A DNA stretch of 16,212 bases from Candidatus Altiarchaeales archaeon (GTDB lineage: Archaea > Altiarchaeota > Altiarchaeia > IMC4 > QMZM01), in the NCBI GenBank assembly GCA_003663045.1, contig QMZG01000009.1:1-16212 (forward strand). Reading direction: 5' to 3'. Under the pieces are notes generated by a model. That model saw only the letters and a list, made by a program, of their open reading frames with translations. It was not told the origin of the DNA and searched no databases. Shown one piece after another: positions 14,039 through 16,212 of the stretch (positions within the stretch are counted from its first letter, which is position 1; the number at the start of each line of letters is the position of its first letter). The position numbers were made by a program, and so were the translations under genes.

Positions 14039-16212
14039 TTTCTACCCATGAATTCATCCCACATTTCATAGATATCTAATCTACCTTCCCTGAACCATCT
14101 ATATGAAAAGGCTAAGAGGATCAGTATCATGAAGAGTAGGAGAACCTCCGGGGAAAGGAACCACCAGAATCTGCTTAGAGAGTAGACATTTACGTAAGTG
14201 GTATCTTCACTTGGCGTATACCTGCTATGATACAAACATCTAACCCTTGTGCTCTGGTCTGTGGTTGTGAATTTAAACTCGGCTTTTCCATCCATATCTG
14301 TTGTCACCTTTGCAGAGATGCCATACGCTTCCAATTCTATGGTTACCTCTTCATATGGAATTCCCTTACCGGTAAGAACATCCAAGAGCGTAACATGGAT
14401 GATAACCTCATCTCCAGGATTTACAGATTCTGGTATTGCTTCACATATCACTCTGGATGCATTCCTCATCGTAACATTTATATAGATGTTGGCATAGGGT
14501 CTTGTTTCGGTACGTGGCGGAAACAATGGAAAGGTCTGAGTAGAAAGATTATCCCTGAAGTGGATAAATATGGTGATATTTGCATTTTCAAGGTCAAAAT
14601 ATGGAGTGCCACAGCAGCATTGTTGTGAATCCCAATCAGCACTACAAGATAGATTACAATCCTCTATACATGACTCATTATCTGCTTTAATACAGTGCAC
14701 ACATCTTTTGAGTGACGTGTTTAGAGGACAATTACATTCAGAAATAGAAATCTGGTTTCTTGCTTTACAAAACTCCTGGCAGTTATCTCCGAGAGAGGAG
14801 TTATACCAGCTTAGGTTCCTGTACTTGATCAAAGGATAGGGAAAATTCATGGCTTCAAAATCAAGGATATATCTGCCACTCACCTCTTCAACAACCTCAT
14901 GCTTGAGGGTTTTATTATGGCAGATCTTCCATATGTTATGACCCGACATATCGCTGTAGGTGTATGGCCCATCTCCGACCTCAGCGGTGCATAGACGAGA
15001 ACCGGTAGTGCTATTCAATTTTGTCGCATCGTCTGAATCGCGATTTACAGCCCACACATTTCCATCGAAGTCTACGGTCACACCTATGGGACCTGTTCCA
15101 ACACCATATCTGCCCAGAACCTCACAGTTAGAACCATTTACCTTAATTACCTCATCGGATGTATAGTCTGCAACCCACGCGTTATTATCCCAATCCACAA
15201 CTATGCCCCTGGTATAACCGGCAATCCTATTTTTACATATAACGGCCCCGGTTGTTCCGTTCACCTTGTATACATTACCTGATCTCGCACCACCCAACCA
15301 GATGTCTCCATTGCTGTCTATACCTATGCCGTACGCATCGCCACCTATGCGATAACCTCCAGGGGGCGATACAACAACGCCATCTGATGTTCTTATCTTG
15401 AAGAGCCTGTCATCCTTATCATAACCATTACATATTATCCATACATAACCATGACAGTCATAGACTCCACCGTAGGGATATAATCCAACTGGAATTGGAG
15501 ATGAGTCTATGGGACATGTTGGATTTCTTGCTGGATCACCTATAATACATTCACCCGTAGTTCCATTCAATTTCCATACATTATTATCCAGAGCATTGCC
15601 CACCCAGATATTGTTGTCATCATCTGCCGCTATTGGCCTGGGACCGCGTCCAACGGGATAGGTATCTATAACCTTGCATGTATTGCCATCCAATCTGGTT
15701 ACATCGTTTGAGTTTCTGTTAGCTACCCACACCTCACCCTTGAGGTCTACCGCTGTTCTTGATGGATTTGATCCAACATCATATGTACATACCTCCTTAC
15801 AATCATGTGTTCTTACCTTGCTTACCGTGTTGTCTTTAGAATTGGCAATGAAGATGTAGGTTGTATTAAATGTTTTCTTACTTATATCGTGAGTGACCTC
15901 CCCCCTAAGGTCTCCAGTAAAAACCGGATTCGTTCCAAGTTGATCCATGAGTTTTATATTAGAAACCTCCTCTGTCTCGAGATCAACAAAGTCAAAGTAG
16001 TAGCCTTCTTCCTCGTGGAATGTCCTATCGGAGGTACATGGAAATTTGTAGCTGTGTCCCTTTGGAGGAAGACAAACGCAGTCCGTTCTCTTGTATTTAT
16101 TGCCATTTTCATCTATACAGGTGACATCTGTTATATCATCCTCAGGACATGTACAATCTGCGGGACATATCTTCTTACACTGCTCTGGATAGTTAAAGTA
16201 AGAACTTTCATA
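14035..16212 (-). CDS. Large surface protein (partial, with its 5' end beyond the window edge). It has an N-terminal Cys-rich region, a YVTN/NHL-type beta-propeller repeat domain, a second Cys-rich region, and a C-terminal TM anchor. It is heavily sequon-decorated and so probably N-glycosylated.
   Basis: The frame is open from the track's Met (15948) up to nt 16212 (...CKKICPADCTCPEDDITDVTCIDENGNKYKRTDCVCLPPKGHSYKFPCTSDRTFHEEEGYYFDFVDLETEEVSNIKL-MDQLG...). The true start is therefore upstream of the window. Repeats such as YDVGSNPSRTAVDLKGEVWVANRNSNDVTRLDGNTCKVIDTYPVGRGPRPIAADDDNNIWVGNALDNNVWKLNGTTGECI match the roughly 40-residue YVTN/NHL beta-propeller blade pattern ('G.P.giavd..gn.WVan...n.V.k.d'). 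It contains more than 15 N-x-S/T sequons. C-terminal TM FWWFLSPEVLLLFMILILLAFSYRWF. Its stop overlaps the start of the downstream gene (14035-14038). Confidence 0.8.
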   Translation of the reverse strand, partial: YESSYFNYPEQCKKICPADCTCPEDDITDVTCIDENGNKYKRTDCVCLPPKGHSYKFPCTSDRTFHEEEGYYFDFVDLETEEVSNIKLMDQLGTNPVFTGDLRGEVTHDISKKTFNTTYIFIANSKDNTVSKVRTHDCKEVCTYDVGSNPSRTAVDLKGEVWVANRNSNDVTRLDGNTCKVIDTYPVGRGPRPIAADDDNNIWVGNALDNNVWKLNGTTGECIIGDPARNPTCPIDSSPIPVGLYPYGGVYDCHGYVWIICNGYDKDDRLFKIRTSDGVVVSPPGGYRIGGDAYGIGIDSNGDIWLGGARSGNVYKVNGTTGAVICKNRIAGYTRGIVVDWDNNAWVADYTSDEVIKVNGSNCEVLGRYGVGTGPIGVTVDFDGNVWAVNRDSDDATKLNSTTGSRLCTAEVGDGPYTYSDMSGHNIWKICHNKTLKHEVVEEVSGRYILDFEAMNFPYPLIKYRNLSWYNSSLGDNCQEFCKARNQISISECNCPLNTSLKRCVHCIKADNESCIEDCNLSCSADWDSQQCCCGTPYFDLENANITIFIHFRDNLSTQTFPLFPPRTETRPYANIYINVTMRNASRVICEAIPESVNPGDEVIIHVTLLDVLTGKGIPYEEVTIELEAYGISAKVTTDMDGKAEFKFTTTDQSTRVRCLYHSRYTPSEDTTYVNVYSLSRFWWFLSPEVLLLFMILILLAFSYRWFREGRLDIYEMWDEFMGRK

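Noticed and set aside
1126-15859. Numerous short ORFs in the six-frame track that lie antisense to or inside the long genes. These are 1126-1326(-), 1583-1792(-), 3566-3754(-), 3979-4182(-), 4352-4693(-), 5526-5825(-), 5758-5970(-), 8461-8658(+), 8812-9102(+), 8972-9205(+), 9926-10114(+), 11098-11403(+), 12078-12356(-), 12474-12737(-), 12744-12998(+), 13112-13438(+), 13506-13733(+), 13646-13858(+), 14227-14628(+), 14249-14485(+), 14570-14839(+), 14960-15166(+) and 15674-15859(+).
   Set aside because: Each is fully overlapped on the opposite strand by a long ORF with strong motif support. Their translations are low-complexity (S/F/L-rich or Cys/His-rich) mirror images typical of shadow frames in AT-rich DNA. 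None has a plausible promoter or RBS context.
15946-15948. ATG at 15946-15948 (minus strand) used by the ORF track as the start of the beta-propeller surface protein.
   Set aside because: Translating the same frame upstream shows it stays open to the window edge (…EEVSNIKL-MDQLG…) with further Cys-rich domain sequence. The Met is internal and the gene is 5'-truncated by the window.
1-16212. CRISPR array, rRNA genes, IS or transposase genes.
   Set aside because: There are no regularly spaced direct repeats of 24-40 bp, no rRNA-like conserved stretches, and no ORF with DDE/HUH or integrase-like motifs anywhere in the window.

Overview
This AT-rich window is probably archaeal, which is an inference. 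Arg is encoded mostly by AGA/AGG and Ile by ATA. The proteins are very rich in I, K and E. The surface proteins are dense in N-x-S/T sequons and carry YVTN/NHL-like beta-propeller repeats. TATA-like boxes sit about 25-27 nt upstream of several ATGs, which suggests leaderless mRNAs. The window holds two gene blocks that meet at 6987-6990 with overlapping stop codons. The plus-strand block (1-6990) encodes four products. The first is a type-IV-secretion VirB3-like membrane hairpin fused to the VirB4 N-terminal domain (282/159..1160). It is followed, after only 5 nt and in another frame, by the VirB4/TrbE/CagE-family ATPase (1166..3481; Walker A GTSGGGKS, Walker B DEAW). This ATPase carries an unusual C-terminal wHTH plus nuclease-like extension. 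The other three are an SPFH/stomatin-family membrane protein (3522..4682), a small 90-aa ORF, and a fusion of an Mrr-type restriction-endonuclease-fold domain to a PAP2 (PSMH / SRx5Hx3D) membrane phosphatase domain (5227..6990). The minus-strand block (6987-16212) is a seven-gene, translationally coupled operon. It opens with two Cys-rich, sequon-rich surface proteins anchored by a C-terminal TM. One is a YVTN/NHL-type beta-propeller whose 5' end lies outside the window. The other carries PKD-like repeats plus tandem Cys/Asp-rich modules. Behind them sit FIVE tandem paralogous polytopic membrane proteins that share the motifs 'FFSGSPxGRxRAKS' and 'FFPFTILLYSF..GR..EQTLLW'. The last paralog carries a roughly 340-aa cytoplasmic extension with an internal duplicated module. 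Taken together this looks like a previously undescribed archaeal conjugation-like / DNA-transfer (T4SS-like, MPF-FATA- or Ced/Ted-like) module on a mobile or accessory island. The window contains no relaxase, VirD4, integrase, tRNA or CRISPR. All functional calls rest on motif recognition by eye. No database search was run.
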